From the IMG/VR virus record IMGVR_UViG_3300044551_000118: a stretch of DNA of 64,000 nt, one strand, 5' to 3'. The translations under genes and the position numbers were made by a program. The first letter of the stretch is position 1. Every line of letters starts with the position of its first letter. Source of the stretch: a virus. Its lineage: Duplodnaviria; Heunggongvirae; Uroviricota; Caudoviricetes. The notes beneath the pieces are model-generated. The model saw nothing but the letters and a program-made list of their open reading frames with translations. It had not been told where the DNA came from and ran no database searches. Positions 18,952 to 28,423 of the stretch are shown one piece after another.

Positions 18952-20322
18952 ATGACAGACACTCCCGAAGACTCTTTGGCATTCGACGCCGAGGCGATGG
19001 CGCGGCTCGACGATCCGAACGCCGTCACGTTCCTGACCGGCAAGGCGGGCAGCGGCAAGAGCACGCTCATCCGCCACTGGCTTCGCACCTCGGCGCCCGC
19101 CAACACGCTGGTCGCGGCGCCCACGGGCATCGCGGCACTCAATGTGAACGGGGTCACGCTCCATCATCTCATCCACGCCAAGCCCGGCATCACCCCCGAC
19201 GAGGCGGAGGGGCTGGGCCATCGCTGGAAGGGTTCGCCCTACAGCGACCTCGGCGCCCTGGTCGTCGACGAGATCAGCATGGTCCGCGCCGACCTCATGG
19301 ACTGCCTGGATCGGTTCCTCAAGGCCGCGCGCGGCTCCACGCTGCCGTTCGGAGGCCTCAAGCTCGTGCTGGTGGGCGACCTGGCGCAGCTGCCCCCGGT
19401 GGTCACGCGCGAGGACGCGAAGGCGTTCGATGGCTCGATATGGCCCGGCCCGTGGTTCTTCCAGTCCCATGCGATGGCCGAGGTCATGAAGGGGCTGGAC
19501 GTGGGACTGCGCGGCATCGAGCTCACGGAGATCCACCGCCAGAGCGACCCCGCGTTCATCGCGGCTCTGAACGCTCTGCGCGACGGGCGTCCGTCCCGCG
19601 GGTCGCTTGCGACGCTCAACGCCCGCGTGGCGCCGATGGGCGCGGACTGCGGCATCGTGCTCGCGGCCACGAACCGGCGCGCGGACGTCATCAACGCCGC
19701 CATGCTGGCGCGCCTACCCGGACCATCCGACGTCTTCACGGCGCAGATCGGCGGCGAGTGGGCGAAGTCGCTGAGGCCCGCCCCCGAGCGCCTGGAGACG
19801 CGGCCCGGCATGCGGGTCATGATGCTCACGAACGATCAGGGGGGCCTGTGGGCGAATGGCTCGATGGGGGAGCTTCTTCGCGTCGAGGACGGCGTGGCTG
19901 AGATCAGGCTCGACGACGGCAGCATCATCGAGGTCGGGCAGCACTCGTGGGAGGTCACCCGCCCTGTCGTGCGCGAGGTGGAGATGAACGACGGAGCGGG
20001 CGGCACGCGGAAGCGTAAACGGCTAGATTCGGTGGTCATCGGCTCCTACCGCCAGATGCCGTTCGCGCCCGGCTGGGCCGTGACCATCCACAAGTCGCAG
20101 GGCAAGAGCTTCGAGCGCTGCCGCATCGAGCTGCCGCCCGGCCCGCTGTTCGCCGCAGGGCAGGCGTACGTGGCCCTGAGCCGCGCCACGGGGCTGGACG
20201 GGCTGACCCTGAGCCGTCCGCTCTACCCCCGGGACGTCATCGCCGACCCCGCCGCGCTGGGCTTCCTGGAGGAGCTGCGCAAGGGCTTCCCGCAGCCGGC
20301 GGTGCAGGAAGGGCTGTTCTAG
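18952..20322 (+). CDS. Pif1/RecD-like (AAA_30 + UvrD_C_2) 5'-3' DNA helicase
   Basis: Walker A 'GKAGSGKST', 'VVDEISMV' (Walker B), 'LVGDLAQLPPV', and C-terminal 'TIHKSQGKSFE'. Typical of Pif1/RecD/TraA-family helicases on mobile elements. Confidence 0.8.
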   Translation: MTDTPEDSLAFDAEAMARLDDPNAVTFLTGKAGSGKSTLIRHWLRTSAPANTLVAAPTGIAALNVNGVTLHHLIHAKPGITPDEAEGLGHRWKGSPYSDLGALVVDEISMVRADLMDCLDRFLKAARGSTLPFGGLKLVLVGDLAQLPPVVTREDAKAFDGSIWPGPWFFQSHAMAEVMKGLDVGLRGIELTEIHRQSDPAFIAALNALRDGRPSRGSLATLNARVAPMGADCGIVLAATNRRADVINAAMLARLPGPSDVFTAQIGGEWAKSLRPAPERLETRPGMRVMMLTNDQGGLWANGSMGELLRVEDGVAEIRLDDGSIIEVGQHSWEVTRPVVREVEMNDGAGGTRKRKRLDSVVIGSYRQMPFAPGWAVTIHKSQGKSFERCRIELPPGPLFAAGQAYVALSRATGLDGLTLSRPLYPRDVIADPAALGFLEELRKGFPQPAVQEGLF

Positions 20323-20491
20323 TCGCAGAAATGCGAGAAACGCCCGTCTGCGGGCCTGACGTGCGCTGGTGGTAGGGGATGTATCGCCTTTCGCATATCA
20401 GGCACGCAGACGGGCGTTTCCGTTCGTCCTGCGGACATGCGTCCGTTTCCGCCGCGCCTCTCGAAGGGGGTGGCTTGTCTCCCTGTTTCGC

Positions 20492-21331
20492 TTATCCCGC
20501 GGTTCGAGCCGCGGCGTCGTTCCGCCCGTCCGATGCGTCCTTCTTTCCGTATTCGGGCAGCTCCGCCTGACGGAGCAGATGGTTGAGCGCATCTGCGATG
20601 ATCCCGCACTGCATCTCGACGGCGCCGGGTCGCACGCCCCGCTCCGTGAGTGCATCGTCGAGCCGCTTCGCCCCGAGGTCACCCCACGGGCTCACGCCGT
20701 GGCTTCGCATCACGTTTTCGAGCGCATCGAGCCGGACCAGTTCCTCTTTCTTCGCTTCGACGTCCAGCCGCTCGCGCTCCAGCTCTTCGAGCCGCCTGCT
20801 CATCGCCGTGCCGAAGCGCAGTCCGACGTTGCGCCAGTCCTCTTTCTCCTCCAGGAACCCCCTGGCATCCGCGTAATGCCGGTACCGGTCGCGCTCCCGG
20901 TTCGCGAAGCACAGGCGGGTGAGGATGGCGTCGCGCACGGCGGAGATGTTTGCGTCCTCATTGAACACAGGCCTGCGCCGGTAGCGCAGCGCCCCGGAGG
21001 ACGGCGTGTACCACATCAGCCCGATGGCCTGGGGCACCTCTTCGCGCGCGATCATGCCGGACGGGCACACGAGTGTGAGCGAATTCACATACTGGGCGTA
21101 CAGCGTGTACTTCGCGTCTCGCAGGAAGTCGCCCCGGTCGACCTTGATCTCGAACCCGTGCGCCTGCATGCCCGGCGCGCGGCGCACCAGATTCACGCCG
21201 TCGAGCCGGAGATTCCCGTTGGCGTCCGGACCCACGGCTATCTCCTCGAAGAAGCCGCAGCTCTCGAAATGGTAGCGCTTGGATAGGGCCCGCTTAATGT
21301 CGGACGATGTGACTTTCGCTTGGATTGACAT
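20492..21331 (-). CDS. MmcB-like PD-(D/E)XK family protein with C-terminal coiled coil
   Basis: 'GFEIKVDRGDFLRD' and surrounding blocks resemble the MmcB/DUF1052 nuclease-like core. The C-terminal half is Glu/Arg/Leu-rich coiled coil. Start chosen at MSIQAKV (internal Met). Confidence 0.4.
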   Translation of the reverse strand: MSIQAKVTSSDIKRALSKRYHFESCGFFEEIAVGPDANGNLRLDGVNLVRRAPGMQAHGFEIKVDRGDFLRDAKYTLYAQYVNSLTLVCPSGMIAREEVPQAIGLMWYTPSSGALRYRRRPVFNEDANISAVRDAILTRLCFANRERDRYRHYADARGFLEEKEDWRNVGLRFGTAMSRRLEELERERLDVEAKKEELVRLDALENVMRSHGVSPWGDLGAKRLDDALTERGVRPGAVEMQCGIIADALNHLLRQAELPEYGKKDASDGRNDAAARTAG

Positions 21332-21361
21332 GGGGGAGGATATGCGTCGGAGACGGAACAA

Positions 21362-21403
21362 GGGGCCTCCTGCGGAACGAATTCCGCAGGAGGCCCCTTG
21401 TTC
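21362..21403. terminator. strong stem-loop (ggggcctcctgcggaa-cgaa-ttccgcaggaggcccc)
   Basis: 16-bp perfect stem directly downstream of the minus-strand gene ending at 20492 and upstream of the plus-strand region at 21728. Confidence 0.5.
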
Positions 21404-21727
21404 CGATGAGTCCGACTACACCCGGCTCCTTCGCCTCTCGTAGGCCAGCAGCGCCCCGATCAGGGCGAGTGCGGCGCCGCCCGCGATGGCGGCGGGCAGG
21501 ACGATGCGGCGCATTCCTTCTCCGCCCGTCTGCCCAAGGCTGCTCGCGAGCGGCAGCTGCGCATTGGCGAAGACGGGGCTGCCGGTCATGTTCGTTCCAT
21601 CCCGCGACCGCTGCGCCGTGAACGGCAGCGGCCCGTCGCCGTCCGGCTCGCATGGGCGCGAGGCTCGGGAGCGCGGCGCAAGGCCGCTGAGTCGTTCGAC
21701 GCTCGCAAGGCCGCGCACGAGAAGGCG

Positions 21728-22155
21728 ATGGCGCGCTACGCGGACGATCTCGGCGCGTACGCCATCGCCCATGAGCGGTACGAACGGGAGCGCTCCGACT
21801 ACTCGCAGACGCTGAATGCGTTCCGTCAGGCCCGCGAGCACAGGGAGGCCCAGATAGAGCAGCGGCGCAACGAGTCCGAGCGGCGCCGCCGGCAGGCAAT
21901 CGCGGATGCCATGGCGCAGGCCCAGCGGATGGTCCCGCAGGCCATCTGCTGGGCGACGCGGAATCCGATAGGGAAGCTGCGCGAGTACGCGGGCATCATG
22001 GCCGGCGCCCAGCGTGTGCAGACCCCCCCCGCCGCTGCCCGACGCGGTCATCCCCGACATCGCGCCGCTCGAATCAATCCCCGAGCAGGCCCCGCACATG
22101 CGCGCCGAGCTCGAAGCGATGCGCGAGGAGGACGGCGCGCAGGACGTCTTCTGAC
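21728..22155 (+). pseudogene. coiled-coil protein gene interrupted by a frameshift at a C8 homopolymer (22019..22026)
   Basis: Plus frame has ~85% GC3 and a protein-like translation (MARYADDLGAYAIAHERYERERSDY...). After the C8 run the +1 frame continues as PLPDAVIPDIAPLESIPEQAPHMRAELEAMREEDGAQDVF* ending at 22155, whereas the original frame runs into Arg/Pro-rich junk. Confidence 0.35.
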
Positions 22156-22169
22156 AAGGCCCGGAGATA

Positions 22170-22212
22170 CGGCAGAGCGCCCCTGCGGATGATTCCGCAG
22201 GGGCGCTCTGCC
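22170..22212. terminator. bidirectional terminator hairpin
   Basis: cggcagagcgcccctgcgga-tgat-tccgcaggggcgctctgccg, between convergent genes. Confidence 0.55.
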
Positions 22213-22228
22213 GTATTCGGATCGGATC

Positions 22229-24010
22229 CTAGCGCATCCGCCGCGCGAGCGGGATGGTCGCCCCGGCGCACGAGAGCAGCAGCCCGATTGCCAGCAGCGG
22301 CATCACGCCGCCCGCGCCGGTCTGCGCGAGCCTGGCGCTCTGTTCGGGCTTGGGTTGCGTGGGGGCCGGCGTCTTCGCATCCGCCAGCGCGACCGCCGTG
22401 CCGTCCGCGCCGATCCGGTCGGCCTTGTCCGTCGTCACGTGGATGCCATTAGCATCCGTGCGGATGGTGATGGCGAACGACCGTCCGTCGAGCGCGTAGC
22501 CTTCCGGGGCCTTGGTCTCCCTGAGCGTGAAGTCGCCGTCCAGCCCCTCGATATGCGTCGCGTTGCCATTCAGAACGTTCTGCCCGTTCGCGTCGGGGAT
22601 GAGGCGCGAGCCGTCCTTCACGAACGTCATGGCTTCGTCCGTGCCTTTGCGGTTCAGGCTGAACTGCGCCCCATCCAGGGCCCTGCCGTTAAGGTCGGTC
22701 TTTTTGAGATCCAGCGCGCCGGTGTACACGATGGCCGGGTCGCCGTGCATGAGGCCGTCGTCCTGCCCGTCGTTCTCGGTTTCAGCGGATGAGGCGCGAG
22801 CCTCTGGAGCCCCGGTCGCGCCCGCGAACACGCCCGCGGGCGCGACCGGGTTGCCGTCCCTGCCGATGACCGCGCCCTTGTCGAGGATCGCGTCGAAGGA
22901 GAACGAGACGACAATCGGCTTGTCCGAGTCGGGCAGAGCGAGACCCCAGTCCGTACCCCAGTACGGGCTCTCGCCCCCGGCGTCCCACACTTGTCCGAAC
23001 GTGGCGGTCGCGGTGGAGCCGTCATGAGCGATGAGATAGTCGCCGTCCGCCGTGTCTTCCGGCAGATCGCCGTTCTCGTCCGGCTGGGCGTCCAGGGCCT
23101 TGAGGCGCTTCCCGTCGATGCTCACCTCCTCGTTGCCCGCCCAGGCCAGTCCCTTCGAGAGCGCGGCCTGAAGCATGCCCTTGTTCAGATGGGAGGAGTG
23201 CAGCGTCTGGGAGATGCTCACGCGCACCGTCTGCCCGATGGACGCCCCGGTCGTCGGCTTGGCATCCACGGCGGCGATGGGCTTGTCCATGAGGTCGGCG
23301 GCGGATGGTTTGCCGAGATAATAACTGCCGTTGCCCCAGGTGCCTATCCACGAGTTGTCTGTAGGGACATTGGGCGCGATCTCCGTGAAGACGATCGCAG
23401 GCGTGCTCGCGTGCGGGGAATCGGCGGACGTGCGGATGAGATACGCGCCGGGCGCAAGCCCCGTGAAGCCATCCCCGTCGCCCGTGGAGAAGGTTGCGGC
23501 GGGCGCGGGCAGCCCATTGCTCGCAGCAAGATTCTCCGCGAAGGCCTGCATGTCATCGGAGACGTCCCCCTTTGCAGTCGCATCTGCGACGCTCTGGAAC
23601 GGATTGCCCGGATCCGCATGGGTCCTGAAGTCTGTCGGCATGGCATCGAGGAGAACGGAGGCATCGGCGATGGGATGCATCCTCACGTCTTCGATTCCGT
23701 ATTCTCGCAGGTTCTCCGGGATGTCATCCGTGCAGGGGGTGTCCCTATATCCAGGATAAGGAGTGAGGCAGGTCATCGTCTCGCTCGCCGAGGCGTACCC
23801 CGCCAGCGGGATGGCCTCAAGCCTATAAGCGCCCTTCTCGGTCAGCGCCGGGATGTCCTGACTGACGCTGATGGTCGTGAGCGACGTGATATCAGGCTGA
23901 TAGGGCGATTCCTCGGCCTGCGCCGGGATGGCGCCGATCATGGTCATGGGGATGACGGCCAGGAGCGCCATCAGCGCTTTTACCGCCCCCCCTCCTATGC
24001 TTTTTCGCAT
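22229..24010 (-). CDS. LAxTG-anchored pilin-like / adhesin protein with CnaB-type (SpaA-like) domain
   Basis: Signal peptide. 'DGDFTLRETKAPEGYALDG' matches the LxETxAPxGY pilin/CnaB isopeptide-domain motif. C-terminal LAQTG + TM + RRMR. N-terminal ~200 aa is paralogous to the 56946..57968 product. Confidence 0.75.
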   Translation of the reverse strand: MRKSIGGGAVKALMALLAVIPMTMIGAIPAQAEESPYQPDITSLTTISVSQDIPALTEKGAYRLEAIPLAGYASASETMTCLTPYPGYRDTPCTDDIPENLREYGIEDVRMHPIADASVLLDAMPTDFRTHADPGNPFQSVADATAKGDVSDDMQAFAENLAASNGLPAPAATFSTGDGDGFTGLAPGAYLIRTSADSPHASTPAIVFTEIAPNVPTDNSWIGTWGNGSYYLGKPSAADLMDKPIAAVDAKPTTGASIGQTVRVSISQTLHSSHLNKGMLQAALSKGLAWAGNEEVSIDGKRLKALDAQPDENGDLPEDTADGDYLIAHDGSTATATFGQVWDAGGESPYWGTDWGLALPDSDKPIVVSFSFDAILDKGAVIGRDGNPVAPAGVFAGATGAPEARASSAETENDGQDDGLMHGDPAIVYTGALDLKKTDLNGRALDGAQFSLNRKGTDEAMTFVKDGSRLIPDANGQNVLNGNATHIEGLDGDFTLRETKAPEGYALDGRSFAITIRTDANGIHVTTDKADRIGADGTAVALADAKTPAPTQPKPEQSARLAQTGAGGVMPLLAIGLLLSCAGATIPLARRMR

Positions 24011-24092
24011 TTTCTTCCTTTCGTTCGGTTCCTACGAGGTCATCCCGCGCTATGCATCGGACGCATGCTCGGACGAGGCATAGGAGGAGTGC

Positions 24093-24656
24093 ATGGCGAA
24101 GAAAGCGAAGACGAAACCGAAGAGGCCGGTGCGGTCCGAATCCCGCACGCGGGCCGAGGCTCTGGCGGCGGCCAAGGCGTTCCTGCGCGCGATGCTGGAG
24201 CTCTACGATCTCGACCGCGGGGACGCGGGCGTGTGGGGCGAGCGCGAGTGGCTGGCGGTGCGCATGGAGGGGCCGAATCTGGCGCAGGTCGCCGCGCGGC
24301 TGTCCATCCGCCCCGGCTACGCCTTCCGCGACCTCATCGAGCCGCTACGCGACGCGCTGCTCGGCTACTCGCCGGACGACGACCTGCTCGACCTCTGGGA
24401 GCCGAACGTGCTGGGACGCATGGGCGGATCGAGGAAGCGCATGAAGGACATGCTCGACGCCGACCAGGCGCATTTCGCGGATGTCGCCGCGAGGCTGGAC
24501 GCAGACGACATAGCGAGGGCCGCGGGAGCGTTCGCGGCCCGCTCCAAGAGCCTCGGCATCGCCGAATACGACGAGGAGGAGGCCGAGGAGCGCAGGAACG
24601 GCGGGAGGGTCGACCTCTCGCTGACGATGAACGGAGGAGATTCTACTGATGAATGA
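24093..24656 (+). CDS. hypothetical protein
   Basis: First gene of a tightly packed plus-strand cluster (24093..25921) with overlapping stop/start codons. Preceded by a GGACGCAT box. Lys-rich N-terminus and acidic C-terminus. Confidence 0.5.
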   Translation: MAKKAKTKPKRPVRSESRTRAEALAAAKAFLRAMLELYDLDRGDAGVWGEREWLAVRMEGPNLAQVAARLSIRPGYAFRDLIEPLRDALLGYSPDDDLLDLWEPNVLGRMGGSRKRMKDMLDADQAHFADVAARLDADDIARAAGAFAARSKSLGIAEYDEEEAEERRNGGRVDLSLTMNGGDSTDE

Positions 24657-24867
24657 CGGCTATCAGATGCTCACGGTGAGCGCGGAGGCGACGCAGCGCG
24701 CCACGAAGACGCTCTCCGTCGTATGGCCCGACTCTCTTGGCGAGCCGACCCCCGAGCACGTGCTCGCGGAACTGAAGCGCGGCGGCCTTGAGGTCGAAGA
24801 GGTGGACAGCGACGAGGACGAGCCGACGTACGAGGACTGCGCCGTGCTGAATGCGGAAAGGGAGTAG
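24649..24867 (+). CDS. hypothetical small acidic protein
   Basis: 72 aa. Start overlaps the upstream stop. Confidence 0.4.
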   Translation: MNDGYQMLTVSAEATQRATKTLSVVWPDSLGEPTPEHVLAELKRGGLEVEEVDSDEDEPTYEDCAVLNAERE

Positions 24868-24873
24868 CGCACG

Positions 24874-25335
24874 ATGGAGCTTGACGGACGGAGATACCAG
24901 CGCATCGACGACGTGAACGAGGCGATGCCGGGCGACCTGGCGCAGATGGGCCACTGGCGCCAGGTTGAGATAGACGAGGTGGAGCGGGACGACGAGGGCG
25001 ATGTCATCCGCCTTCTCGCCGGCACCTGCGGATACGAGGTGGGCGAGCTGCCCATCTACATGCGCGGGATCAGGTTCCTGCTGCGCCCCGAGGGCGAGCT
25101 GCCGAGCGAGCCGGGGCTCTACCGCTCCGCGGTCATGGACGAGACCACGCTCTACCTCCGCTCCGGGGACGAGTGGCTGGCGAAGCGCTGCAACCCGTGG
25201 ATGCTGATCGAGCCGGATTGCGGCTACTTCCTCCATGGCTCGCTCTCCGACGCGCAGCTGCTGAACATGCTGGGCGGCAGGGAGCTGCTGCCCGTCAAGA
25301 CCGAATACGCGAACGACAAGGAGGCGACCCGATGA
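24874..25335 (+). CDS. hypothetical protein
   Basis: 153 aa with high GC3. Operon member. Confidence 0.5.
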   Translation: MELDGRRYQRIDDVNEAMPGDLAQMGHWRQVEIDEVERDDEGDVIRLLAGTCGYEVGELPIYMRGIRFLLRPEGELPSEPGLYRSAVMDETTLYLRSGDEWLAKRCNPWMLIEPDCGYFLHGSLSDAQLLNMLGGRELLPVKTEYANDKEATR

Positions 25336-25754
25336 GCCGCAGGAGGAAGAGCGCCAAGGCGCCGAAGGAAAATCCCAAGGCGCTCGGCATGCCGCCGGAT
25401 GCCATCCATCCCGGCGACATGATCACGCTGGGCGACGGCAACACGTACACGGTCGCCGGGGTCGGCGACGATGGCGGCGTCCGGTTCAGCACGGAATTCG
25501 CGGCAGGCGTCGTCAAACCCCAAGATATCGTCACATTGACCCCTAGGCCGTTCGAGCTGCCGAGCGAGGAGGGGCCGTACGCCGACGCCGCGCACGATTT
25601 CTCGCTCTGGTTCCATCAGCCGAATCTCGCCGCATCATGGATCCCCCTGTGCGACGGGAACGGCGGAAAGCCCGAGCGAGACGCCCCGCTCTCGGACGAG
25701 GAGATGTCCGAGAGCCGCCCCGACCTCAAGTCATTGGCGGTCAGGACATCATGA
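25332..25754 (+). CDS. hypothetical protein
   Basis: ATGA overlap with the upstream gene. Lys/Arg-rich N-terminus MSRRRKSAKAPKENPK. Confidence 0.45.
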   Translation: MSRRRKSAKAPKENPKALGMPPDAIHPGDMITLGDGNTYTVAGVGDDGGVRFSTEFAAGVVKPQDIVTLTPRPFELPSEEGPYADAAHDFSLWFHQPNLAASWIPLCDGNGGKPERDAPLSDEEMSESRPDLKSLAVRTS

Positions 25755-25921
25755 GAGCGCTCTCCGAATCCCAGCTCGACGCGCTGGCCCTGCTTCGCTA
25801 CGGGCCGGCGTACGCCTGCGACGGCTACCGTCGCCGCACCTTCGAGTCGCTGGTGTCGCGCGGCCTGGCCGCAAGACATGGCGACCGGTACTACGCTCAG
25901 GGGCGTTCCATCGAGGACTAG
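25751..25921 (+). CDS. hypothetical small protein
   Basis: 56 aa. ATGA overlap with the upstream gene. Confidence 0.35.
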   Translation: MRALSESQLDALALLRYGPAYACDGYRRRTFESLVSRGLAARHGDRYYAQGRSIED

Positions 25922-25989
25922 CTCTGCACGGACGCATAACCCCTCTCAGCAATCATCACGATTCCTGAGAGGGGTTCGCGTATGTGGAA

Positions 25990-26253
25990 TCAGATTTCCT
26001 TCAGCTCGAAAATCTCCTCCAACTTCGGCACCTCGTTCTGGCTCAGCACCGCCAAGGGATTGCCATTGACGCGAAGCGTGAACCAGAAGGCGTAGCTTCC
26101 GCTCTTCGATGAGGTGAAATCCCTAGCCGATCGCTCGATGTCGACTGACAGCTCCAGCAGGTCGCCCACGCGCACGCCATGCGCATACCGCGCCCTGCTC
26201 TTGCGCCTGATCACCGTCACTGTCAGCGGCGCCGAGGTCATGCGGATGCTCAT
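25990..26253 (-). CDS. hypothetical protein
   Basis: 87 aa. Last gene of a minus-strand cluster (29460..25990) of small overlapping genes. Confidence 0.4.
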   Translation of the reverse strand: MSIRMTSAPLTVTVIRRKSRARYAHGVRVGDLLELSVDIERSARDFTSSKSGSYAFWFTLRVNGNPLAVLSQNEVPKLEEIFELKEI

Positions 26254-26471
26254 TGCCTCTCCTCTGTTTTCCGCTTCGCCGCGCGTATGGCGGCGCTCGC
26301 GTCATCCAATGCATCCAGTATGTCGCTTACGGACAGAATGAGCGCGTTCGTGCCGCCGGGATTGGCGGGTGCTCCGCCGAGCTGCCCGTACAGGCTCTCA
26401 GCGGAGACGAACGCTGCCATCGTCTGGCTCTGGATGGCATCCAGCGCGCGCAGCGCGATTTCATCGTCCAT
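26250..26471 (-). CDS. hypothetical small protein
   Basis: Start chosen at MDDEIAL. 4-nt overlap with the downstream gene. Confidence 0.35.
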   Translation of the reverse strand: MDDEIALRALDAIQSQTMAAFVSAESLYGQLGGAPANPGGTNALILSVSDILDALDDASAAIRAAKRKTEERQ

Positions 26472-26484
26472 GTTGGAATTCCTT

Positions 26485-26667
26485 TCAGCCAAGAGCATCT
26501 TCAAGCCAGTCGCAGTCGCGGCACAGCCATTCGCCGACGCATCCATCATAGGACGCCGCGCACTCGAAGCAGACGAGACGGAGGCAGACATGGCATGGCA
26601 CCAGGCAATCCCCCCTGCCGAAGATCGTGCGGAAGAACATGATCTGCGCTTCACCGTCGCGCTCCAT
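26485..26667 (-). CDS. possible Cys-rich (zinc-ribbon-like) small protein
   Basis: 60 aa with a CxxC...CxxC...CxxC pattern (CHVCLRLVCFECAASYDGCVGEWLCRDC). Confidence 0.3.
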   Translation of the reverse strand: MERDGEAQIMFFRTIFGRGDCLVPCHVCLRLVCFECAASYDGCVGEWLCRDCDWLEDALG

Positions 26668-26687
26668 CAGCGTCAGCGTATCGTCTG

Positions 26688-27047
26688 TCACGCCCGCCCC
26701 GTGCGTCCCGCATCCGAGATCGCGCCGAGCACCAGCGTCAGCATGTCCTCCGCCTCGTCGCGTTCGCAGTGCTCTCGTCGCATGATGGAGCGAATGACAT
26801 CCTCCCATCCCGTCCTGTCGAGCTTCAGCGGCTGGGCATCGTGCGCGGCGAGCGCACGGGTCGCCTTGGCGCGGACGGCATCCTTGAGCCTGTCGAAATG
26901 CTCTTGGTCCCAGCGGGGAATGCGGTCCTCCCACTCCCTCGCCATGATGGAGCGCAGCGTAAGCCCTACATAGGCGTTGACTATGTTCTCCATCGTGGGG
27001 TCGGGCGCATCTCGCGCCTCGCCGATGATGGCGTCCAGCTCGCTCAT
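26688..27047 (-). CDS. hypothetical protein
   Basis: 119 aa with natural composition. 4-nt overlap with its upstream neighbour. Confidence 0.45.
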   Translation of the reverse strand: MSELDAIIGEARDAPDPTMENIVNAYVGLTLRSIMAREWEDRIPRWDQEHFDRLKDAVRAKATRALAAHDAQPLKLDRTGWEDVIRSIMRREHCERDEAEDMLTLVLGAISDAGRTGRA

Positions 27048-27415
27048 AGGCTTCGCTCCTTCCGGGATTTCGCCACGGCCTTCAAGATGGCGTGGATGAT
27101 GTACGTGTTCGTGATGACAGGAGCGCCGAGTTTTCGGGCGGCATCCTGCGCTGCCCTGATATCCTCGTCATCCCAGCCCAGGCGTTCGTGGAATCGCCTC
27201 TCCTCTCTCACGGAGCGCAGCGTCCAGCCGCCGAAGCGGATGCGGAAGGTATCCCAGCTCTCGTGCCAGTCGCCAATGGCATCGGAGCACATCCAGACGG
27301 CGGTGCCCGCCTCGCCTTTCCTGCGATAGGCCATCAGCGTCTCGCCGGAAGGGTGCGAGAGCACATAGCGGCCCGGCTTCAATGGCTCAACAGAGTCGTA
27401 CTGCAATTTGGTCAT
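27044..27415 (-). CDS. hypothetical protein
   Basis: Start chosen at MTKLQYD (internal Met of the 199-aa ORF). ATGA coupling. Confidence 0.45.
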   Translation of the reverse strand: MTKLQYDSVEPLKPGRYVLSHPSGETLMAYRRKGEAGTAVWMCSDAIGDWHESWDTFRIRFGGWTLRSVREERRFHERLGWDDEDIRAAQDAARKLGAPVITNTYIIHAILKAVAKSRKERSL

Positions 27416-27786
27416 GACATCTTCCTGTATTCCCTGACCGCCGCGAACGCCTCGTCCATGACGGTCAGGCGCTTGTCGCCGTCCGGCGCGTAGCGCTGCT
27501 CCTCTCCGAATGCCTCCGACGCTATGGCGGACTCCTTGCCGCGGAGCACGAGCGCCTCGTCGCGCACGGCGGCGATGAAGTCGTCGAACAGAATGATGCG
27601 GTAGGCATCGCTCGTATCGAGCAGATCGGCGATGTCGGCCCACGCCATCCTCTCGCCGCCGTACGTGAAGCCGTCCGAGTCGCGCCAGAAGGCGTCCACT
27701 GCGACGTCGGCTTCAGGATCCAGCGCCAGATACAGGCCGAGCGCGTCCGGCTCGGTCATCGCTTCGTTCGTCAGCTGTATTATCAT
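27412..27786 (-). CDS. hypothetical acidic protein
   Basis: 124 aa. Operon member. Confidence 0.45.
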   Translation of the reverse strand: MIIQLTNEAMTEPDALGLYLALDPEADVAVDAFWRDSDGFTYGGERMAWADIADLLDTSDAYRIILFDDFIAAVRDEALVLRGKESAIASEAFGEEQRYAPDGDKRLTVMDEAFAAVREYRKMS

Positions 27787-28223
27787 GCTTCGGTCCTTTC
27801 GATCTCCGCCTTCACGATGCCCGCCTTGCGGCGGTACTCATTGCGGATCATGGGCGGCAGCCCGAGCCACGCGCTCCAGTGCTCCGATTCGCCTGGGTCG
27901 GGCGAAGCCATGTTCGCATCCGCCTTCCATATGCCGTAGGCGATGGCATCCAGCACTCCGTCCGGAGCGCCCTGCGGCTCGGGGGCCGTGCTGATGGCGG
28001 GCACGCGCTCCTGTTCCTCTTCGTTCCAGCGCGAATGCTCGGGGCAGTAGAGCAGGGGGGCCTTGCCCTTGCGTTTCACGCTCGCCCAGTCGCCGTCCCA
28101 CGCCGCCTCTACAAGATCGTCGATGTCGTAGAACCAGTTCGCATCGCCGTCCTCGCCAGCCTCGGCGGAGCAGCCCGGGGCATCGCAGATGCCTTTGAGG
28201 AAGATGTGCCGTTCGCAGGTCAT
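27783..28223 (-). CDS. hypothetical protein
   Basis: Start chosen at MTCERHIF. Cys/His-containing N-terminus. Confidence 0.4.
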   Translation of the reverse strand: MTCERHIFLKGICDAPGCSAEAGEDGDANWFYDIDDLVEAAWDGDWASVKRKGKAPLLYCPEHSRWNEEEQERVPAISTAPEPQGAPDGVLDAIAYGIWKADANMASPDPGESEHWSAWLGLPPMIRNEYRRKAGIVKAEIERTEA

Positions 28224-28423
28224 CGCTTCGCCTCCGTCATGCCGTCGAGCAGCTCTCCGATGCGCTTGCCCGCCGCATCGCGCCGCTCGGACGAAAGCGG
28301 AATCGCCCCCGAGCGCCATGCTCCGAGCGCACCGAGCAGGCCATGCAGCTCAAGGCCCTTGGCGATGCTCTCCAGCGCTTCGGTCTTCCGCGCCGTCATC
28401 GGGTCCTCATATCGAGCCATCAT
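28220..28423 (-). CDS. hypothetical small protein
   Basis: 67 aa. ATGA coupling. Confidence 0.35.
   Translation of the reverse strand: MMARYEDPMTARKTEALESIAKGLELHGLLGALGAWRSGAIPLSSERRDAAGKRIGELLDGMTEAKR

Noticed and set aside
21416-22099. Minus-strand ORF whose C-terminus (LGQTGGEG-MRRIVLPAAIAGGAALALIGALLAY-ERRRSRV) looks like a sortase sorting signal
   Set aside because: The ORF is codon-aligned antisense to the better-supported plus-strand gene 21728..22155, so its high GC3 is inherited. The rest of the translation is low-complexity and there is no signal peptide. The C-terminal ~40 codons lie outside the plus gene, so a tiny TM peptide cannot be fully excluded.
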